Program-made: the position numbers and the translations under genes
Notes under the pieces: model-generated
Seen by the model: only the letters and a program-made list of their open reading frames with translations
Told to the model about the DNA's origin: nothing
Database searches by the model: none
Shown here: one piece after another, positions 16,164-25,852 of the stretch
How the letters are laid out: each line of letters begins with the position of its first letter
How positions within the stretch are numbered: the stretch's first letter is position 1
From: an uncultured Chloroflexia bacterium
GTDB taxonomy: Bacteria; Chloroflexota; Ktedonobacteria; Ktedonobacterales; JADMIN01
Direction: 5' to 3'
Assembly: GCA_963718915.1 (NCBI GenBank)
Contig: CAVRAI010000003.1
Span: forward strand, 270,001-302,000
Length of the DNA stretch: 32,000 bases

Positions 16164-16208
16164 GACCTCACCCCCCAGCCCCCTCTCCTGCGAGGAGAGG
16201 GGGAGCCA
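16164..16208 (+). repeat. 45-bp GC hairpin repeat, family 3, copy 1
   Basis: gacctcaccccccagCCCCCTCTCCTgcgAGGAGAGGGGGagcca. Perfect 11-bp stem with a 3-nt loop. 43 of 45 positions match 21436-21480, in the same orientation. Confidence 0.85.
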
Positions 16209-16213
16209 GAACC

Positions 16214-16248
16214 GCTCCCTTTGTAGCGATTGCAAGGGGAGCTTTTTT
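16214..16248 (+). terminator. Rho-independent terminator candidate for the 15359..16153 gene
   Basis: GCTCCCTTTG (16214-16223) pairs with CAAGGGGAGC (16233-16242): 10 bp including one G.U pair, with a 9-nt loop. TTTTTT follows at 16243-16248. Confidence 0.55.
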
Positions 16249-16369
16249 GCGCGCGCTCACTCGACGACAGAAGACCAGAAGTCGAATGCTGGTAGTGGCT
16301 GGCGCTGGCCTATCCTGACTCGTCGACCATGTGCGTTCGTCCCGGCGCTAGCCCTTGCGCCCTGGAACG

Positions 16370-16399
16370 TTGACAGCAGTGAGCATACTGGGGTATACT
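16370..16399 (+). promoter_or_regulatory. Candidate sigma-70-type promoter for the DEAD-box helicase, implying a roughly 210-nt leader
   Basis: TTGACA (16370-16375), 18-nt spacer, TATACT (16394-16399). The helicase GTG start is at 16619. Confidence 0.5.
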
Positions 16400-16618
16400 G
16401 CCCTGGTTGGTTGTGGTGTGTGCGGCCTGGTGGATGTGGAATTCGTTGTGCGGTCGCCCCTCAGCTAGTGTGTCTTCCCCAGTCGGCCTCGTGTGAAGGT
16501 TCACTGCGCCCAATGGCACGGTGGATCTTTTTTTGTGTGACGCGTATCCGATCCGTGTGGTGAGATCAAGCGGCGAGTCCAGCCCGTAGCAGGGTCAGAT
16601 CGCCGGAAAGGAATACGT

Positions 16619-18091
16619 GTGTCTACAAGTTTGTCTCAACGAACCTCGTCATCCGCGCCCCAGGCGGGCGCCAGCGCCGATGCGACCGTCTCGTCGCCAT
16701 TTGTCCAACTCGGCGCGCACAGCGCCACCGCGCGCGCGCTTGCCAGGCAGGGTATCGAGACCCCAACCCCTATCCAGGCGCTAGCTATCCCGCCGCTGCT
16801 GGCTGGTCGCGATGTCATTGGCCAGTCTCGGACTGGCTCTGGCAAAACCATCGCCTTCGGGCTGCCGCTCGTCGAGCGTGTGGATCCGAACCTGCGGTAT
16901 GTACAGGCGCTGGTGCTTGTGCCAACGCGCGAGCTTGCCAGCCAGGTGGGCGATGTGATCGCCTCGCTCGACGGCAGGCACGCCTTGCGTGTCGCCCAAC
17001 TCGTCGGCGGTCGGCCACTCGGCCCGCAGCGTCAGGCATTGCTCAGCGGCGCCCAGATCGTTGTCGGCGCGCCCGGCCGCATTCTGGATCACCTTCGTCA
17101 GGGCAACCTGAACCTGCAGCGGCTCCTGGTCGTCGTGCTTGATGAGGCCGATCAGATGCTGGACGCAGGGTTCGCTCCCGACATCGAGCGCATCTTGAAG
17201 ATGACGCCGCCGAAACGCCAGATGGCGCTCTTCACCGCCACGCTGCCTGAGTGGACCATCCGCATTGCGGGGCGCTATCTGCATGATCCGGTGCTTGTGG
17301 AGGTCGGCTCGGGCGAGAACAGGCCCGAACCAGCTATCGCACAGACTGTCTACGCTGTCCCTCAGGGGCGGCGTCTCGACGCCCTCATGGCGCTGCTGGA
17401 CCGCCGCCGCGATGCCTCAGGCGCCACCCTGGTGTTCGGACGCACCAAGCATGGTGTCAAGAAGCTCGCCCGCCAGCTCGCGGCGCAGGGCTATCCCGTC
17501 GCGGCACTCCAGGGTAACATGAGCCAGTCTGCCCGTGATCGGGTCGTTGCCGATTTCCGCGCTGGGCAGGTCCCGGTGCTGCTGGCGACGAACGTGGCGG
17601 CGCGTGGCCTTGACGTCGTCTCCATTGACCAGGTCATCAACTTCGAGTTGCCGGAATCGTCGGAACTGTTCACCCATCGCATCGGGCGCACGGGGCGCAT
17701 GGACCGCGAGGGGGTGGCCATCACCCTGATTACGCCGGACGATATGCTCGCCTGGAAGAAGATCCAGCGCGACCTCGGCGGTAGGTTGCAGCCGCAGCCG
17801 TGGCCACACAAAGACATGCCTCTGCCTGATGCGCCTGTTGTGGTTGATGTGCGGGAGCGCACGGTGAACCGCGCTGGCGGCGCCTTCGAGCAGACGCAGA
17901 CAGCGCGTGCCAGTCGTCCTGTGCGCGGTCAAACTCACCCTACTCGCATGACTGGCCATTCCGACAATGCCACCATATCCAACACTTCTAACGATGCCAC
18001 GCGCATAGCGCGACGACGGCCACGGCACAACCCAGCTATGGATCGAAAGCGCGCGCCTTCCTACCGCGCCGGTGAGAACGTAGGACGTTAG
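16619..18091 (+). CDS. DEAD-box ATP-dependent RNA helicase with basic/disordered C-terminal tail
   Basis: Q motif (GIETPTPIQ), motif I (SRTGSGKT), Ia (PTRELA), II (VLDEAD), III (TAT), VI (HRIGRTGR). GTG start preceded by GGAAAGGAA. Confidence 0.93.
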   Translation: MSTSLSQRTSSSAPQAGASADATVSSPFVQLGAHSATARALARQGIETPTPIQALAIPPLLAGRDVIGQSRTGSGKTIAFGLPLVERVDPNLRYVQALVLVPTRELASQVGDVIASLDGRHALRVAQLVGGRPLGPQRQALLSGAQIVVGAPGRILDHLRQGNLNLQRLLVVVLDEADQMLDAGFAPDIERILKMTPPKRQMALFTATLPEWTIRIAGRYLHDPVLVEVGSGENRPEPAIAQTVYAVPQGRRLDALMALLDRRRDASGATLVFGRTKHGVKKLARQLAAQGYPVAALQGNMSQSARDRVVADFRAGQVPVLLATNVAARGLDVVSIDQVINFELPESSELFTHRIGRTGRMDREGVAITLITPDDMLAWKKIQRDLGGRLQPQPWPHKDMPLPDAPVVVDVRERTVNRAGGAFEQTQTARASRPVRGQTHPTRMTGHSDNATISNTSNDATRIARRRPRHNPAMDRKRAPSYRAGENVGR

Positions 18092-18126
18092 CCTGAATAC
18101 TCTGCCCATTCGCCAACGAGTGTTAT

Positions 18127-18214
18127 CGTAATCGTACGCTTGTCGGAGCCTAAAGGCCCCGGCGAATGGGCCGGGAAATTCGCCGTAGCACTTATGCTAC
18201 GGTCTGCCCACCCC
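18127..18214 (-). repeat. Intergenic hairpin repeat, family 2, copy 3 (inverted)
   Basis: Its reverse complement reads gggtgggcagaCCGTAGCAtaagTGCTACGGcgaatttcccggcccattcgccggggcctttaggctccgacaagcgtacgattacg. The stem is kept by a compensatory G:C to A:T change relative to copy 2. Confidence 0.8.
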
Positions 18215-18280
18215 ACTCTCCCGCTCGCCCCCGTCTCACCCCTCTCGCGCACCCCACTCCCCCTCGCCCGCGCTCGCCGC

Positions 18281-21200
18281 TCACGCATCAGCCGCCGCCG
18301 CGTCCGCTTCGCCCACCTCCACCAGCGTCACCCGCGCCAGCGCATCCACCAGGCGCACCGTCTCGACGCTGACCGTCACCACCTGGCCGATGAGGCGGAC
18401 GATGTATTGCTCGTCGTCGGGGCGGTTGGGGTCGCTGGTGATGCCGCTGCGGCTATCCGTGCTGACGTGGTACTGGTCGATCACCCATTCGAGGGCGGAG
18501 CGGTTGCCCAGCCGGTAGCGGTAGACCTCCGCCGGGATGCCTTCCAGCGTCAGCCAGTCGTTGTAGGCGAGGGCCGTCTTGTCAGCGTTGAGGCGCATGC
18601 GCTTCTCCTTGACGCGCCAGTCTATCCGCTCGCCCGCAGCCTCGACCCGCCGCAGTGGATACTCGGATGCCTGCTCGTAGCCCAGGTGCAGCGCGGATAG
18701 CTCGCCGCCGATGCGCGCCACCTCGCGGAAGGCGTCGGCCCCAGCCACCAGCGGGATGCGCGGCAGCTCGCGTTTGAGGTTGGCGGCGTAGCGCTCGCGA
18801 TAGAAGGGGTGGTGCAGCGCGCCGTAGACGTAGTGGAAGATGTCGCGTTTGGTGACCGCTGGCCCATACGCCGCCTGGAACCGCGCCAGCGCCCAGTCGG
18901 TGATGTTCTCGCGCCGCCCGCTGCCATCCTCGTTGTAGACGTAGTACGGGAAGCACTGGAAGGCATCGCTGGCTGCTATTAGATGATAATCAGGGATGAG
19001 GTTTGTGCAAAGCGTGCTAAAACCTGAGCGGTAGCCGTGATCTGTGACGACGATTATTTGGTTCTCGCTTTCGGAAGCCAGTGTGGGGAATATGAAAGAC
19101 ATCCTTCCCTGCCGATGAGTCATTACGCTGTCAAAGTACAGATGTTCGCGAGTGAATGGACGATAGAGTGAATTGCGGATATTGGAAGCGTAAAATCTTG
19201 CCTCTATTTTGCGTGCTAGGCATTCTTTTAGACGACTGCTCCATTTGATTTTCGTGTCGTCAGTGATGACAAAGTCATCTATATTCTCTGGACACCCCGC
19301 TCGAACCCACCTTGATAACTCCGCGTTATAGCTTTCGGTCATATCAGCGGCTTTTCTGGCCAATTTACCTGGATCGAAATCATACATCCAATAATCACGG
19401 CTCGTGTTTGCCCCTATCGAAAACGTCTTGAACAATACCTCGACTTCTAGGCTACGGTTTGACTTCGCATCTCGTATGCCGATGGGTAGAAAGGTGTCAA
19501 ATTCAGGACGTAGCCCTTCAGTGATCCAGGTATTGTGCTCGTCTGGCTCCAATTGCTGCCATTCAATGCCTGTAATGTTCCCGCGCTCTTTCAGGAAGTC
19601 CAGCTTCTCCTCTTTACGCCAGTCCTCCGGCACACGATAGTAGTAGAGGCCGCGTAAGGGACTATTTGCCGAACGGATGGCGATAGTAATGCCGACGCCG
19701 ACCTGAATACCGAAGACATTGTGCGTCGTCCCTGAGAGCTTCGGATTCTGGCGGACGTTGCCATGCAGGTCTACATGGTAGATCGCAGTGAAGTCGTTTA
19801 GCAGGTGCTGACGCATACCGTCTGAAATGTGCTGATCAACGAATGCGTTGTTTGTGACGTAGCAGACGATACCATCCCGTGCACCTAGACGATCAGTCGC
19901 CCAGCGAAAGAAACGACATATGCATCGAAACTCTTGCTACTACTGGTTGCCTTTGATTCCTTTACATAAGTCTCGCTAATACGCTTATCGATCACATCAT
20001 AGCTGCGGTTCTTGTTGTTGTCGTTCTCATTCATCCTGGCCGACGTTATAGGGCGGGTTGCCGATCACCACCATGATCTTCGCGTCCTGCTCGGCCTGCA
20101 CGCGCTCGGTGTTCTGCTCATTCACCCACATCGCTTGCTGCGTGTGGCCGGTGTGCGCCAGCGCGTCGGCCAGCTCCAGCGTATCGGCGAAGCAGATGCC
20201 GGGGAACGGCAGATACTCGTGGGTGCGCTCGTAGTAGGCGTGCTCGATGTTGAGCGAGGCGATATAATACGGCAGCAGCATGATCTCGTTTGCGAAGAGG
20301 TCGTGCTCATACTTCTCCTTCAGCGTGCTCCCCTGGATGCGCCGCAGCAGGTTGACGACAAAGCTGCCCGTGCCGGTCGCGGGGTCCAGCAGGCTGACGC
20401 CCGGCGCGGAGAGCGACGTGCCAAAGTCGCGCTGCAACACCTCCTCGACACTGGCGCACATGAAATCGACAATCTCCTGCGGTGTATAGACGATGCCGTG
20501 GGTATCGGCCTGCCGCTTCGACCAGTTCTGGAAGAAGCGCTCATAGACCGTGTTCATGAAGCCCTGCTTCTCCGACCAGTCGGTCAGGCCGCGCGCCTCC
20601 AGTTCGATGGCGATATAGAAGCGGTCGAGCGAGCGCAGGAAGTCGTTGCGGTTGAAGGCGTGGCTGGTCAGCGCGGCAATCACCTTCTCGATCTCGACGG
20701 CGATGACATTATTGCTGAGGAAGTGCGGATTATCGAAGACGGTGCGGAAGAGGCGCTCGGTCAGCAGGTGCTGCACCAGCATCTCATCCACCGCCGCTTT
20801 GCCGATTTTGGGGTCGAGCGTCGTCCGGCATAGCTCGTAGAACTTGGCCCAGGCGTCGGTGAACGCCTTGTTGTTCGCGGCATGCTGCGCCACGATGATG
20901 CGCTTCAACCCGTCGGCCAGTTCGGGGATGCGCTCGCCAAACTCGATGACGGCCTTGTGGAAGCCCTCGATATGCGGCTCCTCATAGGCAAAGAAGGCGC
21001 TGGAGCAGGTCGGTCAGCTGGCGTCGCTCGCGCAGGTCAGCCTCGAAGGCGCGCTGGCCGTTCTGGTAGAGGACGGCGCGGCGGGTATCCTCGAAGATGA
21101 TGTTATTGGTAGGGTATCCCTTGGCGATCTTCTTCTTGATTTCGGTTTCCAGGTCGTCGTGGGTATCCTTCGCCTCCCAGTAGCCGCGCCGCAGGTTATA

Positions 21201-21407
21201 GTCGTCGCGCATCGCGCCATCGGGGATATTGTGGCGGGAGGTGCGGTCCTCGGGCACGAGCGTCCAGCCATCGGGAGATGTCTCCGAGAGCAGCGTCTGG
21301 AAGGCGGTGCGTACGGCGCCCTCGTGCGAGACATGCCGCTCGGCGTAGTCCGCCAGATCGCGCTCATACTTTTCGAGCGCCCGTGTCAGCGCCGCCCCAC
21401 TCTTCAT
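18281..21407 (-). pseudogene. Frameshifted type IIG / type ISP-like fused restriction endonuclease-N6-adenine methyltransferase
   Basis: Three co-linear minus-strand ORFs (20982..21407, 20027..20908, 18281..19816), plus an intervening segment I translated by hand, make one roughly 1040-aa protein. The N-terminal nuclease motif is PD-(D/E)xK (IPDGAM...GYWEAKD). The methyltransferase carries LLDPATGTGSF and GNPPY. Continuity resumes in other frames: LLQR|FFAYEEPHIEGFH, GQDE*|NENDNNKNRSYDVIDKRI and YVVSF|RWATDRLGARDGIVCYVTNNAFVDQHISDGMRQHLL. Confidence 0.8.
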
Positions 21408-21435
21408 GCGTGTATCTCCTTATGATAGGCCAGCC

Positions 21436-21480
21436 GACCTCACCCCCCAACCCCCTCTCCTGCGAGGAGAGGGGGAGCTA
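21436..21480 (+). repeat. 45-bp GC hairpin repeat, family 3, copy 2
   Basis: gacctcaccccccaaCCCCCTCTCCTgcgAGGAGAGGGGGagcta, immediately upstream of the R-M pseudogene start. Confidence 0.85.
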
Positions 21481-21660
21481 GAGGCAGGCAGGCGCTAGTT
21501 GCTGGTTGCTTGTGTATGCGGCTCTATTATCGCAGTGTGAGCCATGTGTGGCAAGGGGGCGCGAACAGGAAAGCGCGTTGGCCGCATGATCGGCTGGCCG
21601 ATGGGGTGAGCGGGCCGGAGCGTTGAGGCGAGGACGAAGCGTCGTGGTAAGGCGACGTAG

Positions 21661-21836
21661 CGCGGGCGGTTAAAACCGCGCCTGAAGGGCCTGCGGCCAC
21701 GAAACCTGCCTGCGCAGGTTGCACGGAATCGCCCGCCAGTGGGTATCCTATTGGGACAGGGTCTGGAGAAACCCGCGCAGGCGGGTTTTGTGGCGGAGCG
21801 CAGCGAGGCCCTTCAGGCGCGGTTTCAACCGCCCGC
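21661..21836. repeat. 176-bp palindromic MITE-like element, family 1, copy B (intact ends)
   Basis: The 30-bp terminal inverted repeats are gcgggcggttaaaaccgcgcctgaagggcc (21661-21690) and ggcccttcaggcgcggtttcaaccgcccgc (21807-21836). They match at 29 of 30 positions as reverse complements. The inner arms are also self-complementary, around a central ccagtgggtatcctattggg. Confidence 0.8.
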
Positions 21837-21874
21837 CTACTCCTCTGGTTCCCCCTCTCCCCTGGGGGAGGAGG

Positions 21875-24800
21875 TTAGGGGGAGGGGGCCGCTCCTGTCT
21901 CGCGCCGCACCCGCAGACTGAGCCAGGTCGCGCCGCCCATCAGCAAGAGCGCCAGCGCCGCGATGATGAGCGCGACGGGCACGCCCGACGAGAACGCCAG
22001 CAACGCCCCACGGATGGCCGCCAGCCCGAAGAAGCCCGTGCCCAGCAGGAGCAGCGTGCGCGAGTGGGTGCCGACACCGACGGCGGCAATCGCCAGCGCC
22101 TCCAGCGAGAGGGCGGCGGCATAGATCCAGTTCTCGGATTGCGGCGTCGTGAACGACTGGGTCAGCGTTGGCAACAGCAACAGCAGCGCCCCGAAGAGCG
22201 AGGCCATCTGCCCAAGCCGGACGGGATTGCGCAGACGATGATCGGCAGGCAGGAGCGCGCCAATAATCAGCAGATAGCTCCCCGGCGCGAGGACGAACGC
22301 CTGAATGTTGTCGGCGCCGAGCCAGCGCACCTGCCAGCTCACCGCCACCGCCAGCAGCCCGCCCGCGACATACCACAGCGCGTGCGCCGGAATCACCCGC
22401 GCACTGAACGCGACCATCACCGCCAGCGAGAGCAGCGCCACCACCTCGACCTCCGCCATCGGCTCCCCTGGCACATAGGTCTGGACTATAAGCAAAGCGG
22501 CCAGCGCCACCCCGCTGCCCACCAGCAGCCCGGCGGCATGGTGAATGATCCTGCCGAGGAAACGCACATCCTGCCAGCGCGGATGCGCCGCCTGCATCGC
22601 GCCGTCCATCCACCACGGGCGGCCAGCGGCATTGCGCAGCCACGGCAGCGCGCCCCAGAGCCACTGGCCCGCGACGTAGAGCCACGAGAGCGCCACGAAG
22701 GCGAGCGCCGCCTGCCAGAGTGGCCAGTCCAGCGCGCGGACGCCAGCGGCCAGCGCCAGCACGCCGATGGCGAGCGGCAGCACGAGCGCCTCGGCCTGCG
22801 ACTCGATCAGCGCGACCAGATAGGCGGTCAGCGCGAACGCCAGCAACGCCCAGCCCTCGAATCCGGGCTGGTGGAGTCCAAGCCCCGCCGTCACCATCGC
22901 GACGAGCAGCGACGACGCATAGGCGGGCCACGCCCAGCGCCAGCCACCGACGCGGCCAATCGCGACGCCAACCGCCGCCAGCGCCAGCGCGAGTGGCAGT
23001 AGCACATAGGCGTCCGGCTGCACGATGGCGGCCAGCCCAACATAGACCACCGCGATGATTCCCGCGTTGGGGAAATGTTCGACCAGCGCAATGCCATAGG
23101 CGGTGACCGCGAAGATCAGCAGCATCGCCTCGGCGACACCAGGGGTATGCGGCGTGACGCGCGAGATGGCAAGCAGCGACGGGAGAATGGCGGAGAGATA
23201 ACAGGCCAGCGCCCAGCGACGCCCGACGCTCAGACGTAGCGCCAGCCCGATGACAACAACGCCATAGGTGATCGCCACTATCTTCACGAAACCGTGTGGG
23301 TCGCCAGCCGCCACCGCCGCCAGCAAGACATAGAACGGGACAGCCGACGCGAGCCACGGCTGGCGCTCCACAACCGCCGCCAGATACGCCACGAGCGCGA
23401 AGACGAGCGCGACATACATTGCCCGGTCGAGCGGCTCCGACGAATTGATGAGCGCATGGACCATGAGAACCAGCAGCTGGTAGAGCGAGGCGAGCAGCGC
23501 GGCGATATACCACACGAAGCTCCACTGCCAGCGACCGCGCACCTGGCGCAGCAGCATCCCGGCGGCCACCAGCGCCACCGTCAGCGCCACGCCGCGCAGA
23601 CCCGGCGTCGCCACAGCCGCCGTCATCCCGAACAGCGCCGGGATGAAGACCGCCCAGGTCAGGTTATCCCAGAGGATGGCGACCGTCGCCAGCGCCGCGA
23701 AGACCAGCAACAGCCAGGCGCTGAACGGAACGCCCAGGAAGCCCCAGTCAACTGGCGTCGCCGGATTCGCGAGGGTGCTCAGGCCGACGACCAGCGCGGT
23801 CCAGAGCGCAATCAGATAGAGAGGCAGGGCCGATGCGCGCCCCAGCAGAGCGCGAATGCCCAGCCCGGCCAGCGCGACCACCACGGTCGTGATCGCCGCG
23901 GCAAGGACGAACCGGCTGTCGCCACCCGCGACGGAGAGCGGGAACGGGAGCAGCGCGCCAAAGAAGCCGGCGACGACTCCACCCGCCAGCGGCTGATGCG
24001 CGCGCCAGCCCGCCAGCAGCGCCAGCAAGACATAGAGACCGAGGATGAGCGTGGCATAGATCGCGTCGTGGCCGAACAGGTGGATGGTCACATAGAGCGC
24101 GTTGCCCAGCGCGATGATGTAGACCGGGACGGCGAAGCGTTGCGCTCGTGGCGATGGCGCGGCCACCAGCCAGGGAACCACCAGCGCGGCCACCAGCCCG
24201 GTTGTCGCGACGGCCCAGAATGTGGCCATCCGCTCCGGCGAGGCAAACGCCTCATTGATCGTTGGACGGAAGAGCGCGTCGAAGAACGCATGGTAGTCAA
24301 GCGAGAGAAAGACGCCAGCGGGCAGCAGCCAGAGCGGCGCGGACTCGAAGACCGCCAGGCCAGCGGTGACGACCACACCGGCGGTGAGCGCCAGCAGATA
24401 CGGCCAGTTCGGCGCCGGGTCGCTGATGACGCCCAGGCAGCCGCCGACGGCCAGCAAGAGCGCCAGCGCCTCCGTCAGATAGCGTAGTTCGGTTCGCGCG
24501 CGCGCCCTCCGCCAGAGGACGAAGAGCACGGCGACCTCAGCCAACGCCAGCGCCGCCAACACAAGCGACATCGCCCGGCGATCAGCGCCCAGCCAGGCGG
24601 CCAGCGCAATCGTGGCGTGGGTGGCGGCCACCACCACCAGCCAGTCCGTCACGTTCAGCCGTCCCGCGCGCGCCGACTCTTCCAGCGAGCCGGTCAGCCC
24701 GCGCGCCAGGTAGCTCCAGACCGCGGCCACCAGCACGAGCGTGCACGACGCCAGCGCATAGACAGCCGTGGAGACCGGTGGCAGTGGTGTGGGCGAGGGG

Positions 24801-25852
24801 GCGAGGGGCGTATCGGCAATCGCGCGGATCGCCAGCGTCAGCCAGAGGTAAAGCGTTCCGGCGGTCGCGGCGAGAGATGTTACCGCCGCCAACTGGAGCG
24901 CGGGCGTTGCGAGCAGCGCGGCAAGCGAGTAGCGATGGAAGAGGCCGGGGACGAGTAGCGCCAATGAGACAACCGCCAGCGCAAAGACCAGCGATTCGCG
25001 CGGCGCATCCGCCCAGAAAACGATGGCGAGCGCCGCTACGATCATCGCCGACCAGCCGAGATAGGCGTAGGTCATGAAGCGGGTGCGCCAGGCAAGCGCG
25101 AGATAGACGATAGCGGCATAGGCGGACGAGAGGCACAGCATCGCCGCGCCCGAAAATCCCGCCGCTTGCAGACCGAAACGGTAGATGCCAAGCGCCACCA
25201 GTGGCGTCATCAGGGCGAAGACGGCAAGATAGACGCCACCCACGGCGCGCAGTCGCGGAATTCGGCGCACGACCAGCCCAAGCGCGCCAAAGGCGAGATA
25301 GACGAGGATGATAGCCCCCAGCTTGACGGCGAGATCGAGCGACTGCCAGCCGCCAATCTCAAAGCTGAGCATAGCGACCAGGCCGAGGAAGCCACCCATA
25401 TACATCATGATGGCGATGGCCTGCTCCGAGAGAAACGCCTGCCAGGAGAAGATTGGCCCAGCGGGCCGTGGCGCGGCGGTCGGCGTGGGCGTGGGTGTGG
25501 GCGCGCTAGGGGCGGCAACGGGAGCGGCAGGCGCGGCTATCGCGGAAGACCGCGCGGCGGCCGCGGGTTGTGTCGCCACGGTGGCGGGCCAAACGGGCGC
25601 GGCGGATTTCTCGGTGGCGGGTGCGCGGCGCGCGGCGAGATAGCGGTCGCGGTACTCGTCGCGGAGCGCGGAGATCGAATGCGCGCTCTCACCACGGGCG
25701 ATACGGGTATCGAGATCATTCAGCGCGCCATAGAGCCACTGGAGTTCAGCGATCAGCGCTGGATCGACGGCCTCGCCGCAGAACCGGCAATAGCTGGCTC
25801 CCGCGGGTGAGACGCGCCCGCAGTTCAGACAGCGAAGCATTTTCGTACTCAT
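21875..25852 (-). CDS. Very large polytopic membrane protein with N-terminal zinc ribbon; function unknown
   Basis: From ORF 21875..26038; start placed at MSTKMLRCLNCG (ATG 25852, GGAGGAG upstream). CxxC-N10-CxxC motif (CLNCGRVSPAGASYCRFCG). A short helical segment and an Ala/Pro linker follow. The rest, about 1100 aa, is nearly continuous A/L/V/G-rich hydrophobic helices (well over 20 by eye). Confidence 0.8.
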   Translation of the reverse strand: MSTKMLRCLNCGRVSPAGASYCRFCGEAVDPALIAELQWLYGALNDLDTRIARGESAHSISALRDEYRDRYLAARRAPATEKSAAPVWPATVATQPAAAARSSAIAAPAAPVAAPSAPTPTPTPTAAPRPAGPIFSWQAFLSEQAIAIMMYMGGFLGLVAMLSFEIGGWQSLDLAVKLGAIILVYLAFGALGLVVRRIPRLRAVGGVYLAVFALMTPLVALGIYRFGLQAAGFSGAAMLCLSSAYAAIVYLALAWRTRFMTYAYLGWSAMIVAALAIVFWADAPRESLVFALAVVSLALLVPGLFHRYSLAALLATPALQLAAVTSLAATAGTLYLWLTLAIRAIADTPLAPSPTPLPPVSTAVYALASCTLVLVAAVWSYLARGLTGSLEESARAGRLNVTDWLVVVAATHATIALAAWLGADRRAMSLVLAALALAEVAVLFVLWRRARARTELRYLTEALALLLAVGGCLGVISDPAPNWPYLLALTAGVVVTAGLAVFESAPLWLLPAGVFLSLDYHAFFDALFRPTINEAFASPERMATFWAVATTGLVAALVVPWLVAAPSPRAQRFAVPVYIIALGNALYVTIHLFGHDAIYATLILGLYVLLALLAGWRAHQPLAGGVVAGFFGALLPFPLSVAGGDSRFVLAAAITTVVVALAGLGIRALLGRASALPLYLIALWTALVVGLSTLANPATPVDWGFLGVPFSAWLLLVFAALATVAILWDNLTWAVFIPALFGMTAAVATPGLRGVALTVALVAAGMLLRQVRGRWQWSFVWYIAALLASLYQLLVLMVHALINSSEPLDRAMYVALVFALVAYLAAVVERQPWLASAVPFYVLLAAVAAGDPHGFVKIVAITYGVVVIGLALRLSVGRRWALACYLSAILPSLLAISRVTPHTPGVAEAMLLIFAVTAYGIALVEHFPNAGIIAVVYVGLAAIVQPDAYVLLPLALALAAVGVAIGRVGGWRWAWPAYASSLLVAMVTAGLGLHQPGFEGWALLAFALTAYLVALIESQAEALVLPLAIGVLALAAGVRALDWPLWQAALAFVALSWLYVAGQWLWGALPWLRNAAGRPWWMDGAMQAAHPRWQDVRFLGRIIHHAAGLLVGSGVALAALLIVQTYVPGEPMAEVEVVALLSLAVMVAFSARVIPAHALWYVAGGLLAVAVSWQVRWLGADNIQAFVLAPGSYLLIIGALLPADHRLRNPVRLGQMASLFGALLLLLPTLTQSFTTPQSENWIYAAALSLEALAIAAVGVGTHSRTLLLLGTGFFGLAAIRGALLAFSSGVPVALIIAALALLLMGGATWLSLRVRRETGAAPSP

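Noticed and set aside
21807-21836. CRISPR-repeat-like sequence (ggtttcaaccgcccgc)
   Set aside because: It occurs only as the terminal inverted repeat of the family-1 element. There is no array of direct repeats with spacers anywhere in the window.
21719-24487. Long + strand ORFs (21719..23002, 23294..24487) and the minus-strand alternative-frame ORF 21837..23525 overlapping the giant membrane gene
   Set aside because: Their composition is extremely Arg/Gln/Glu/Pro-rich and they have no motifs. ORF 21719..23002 also starts inside the family-1 repeat. The hydrophobic-helix frame (21875..25852) is the coherent one.
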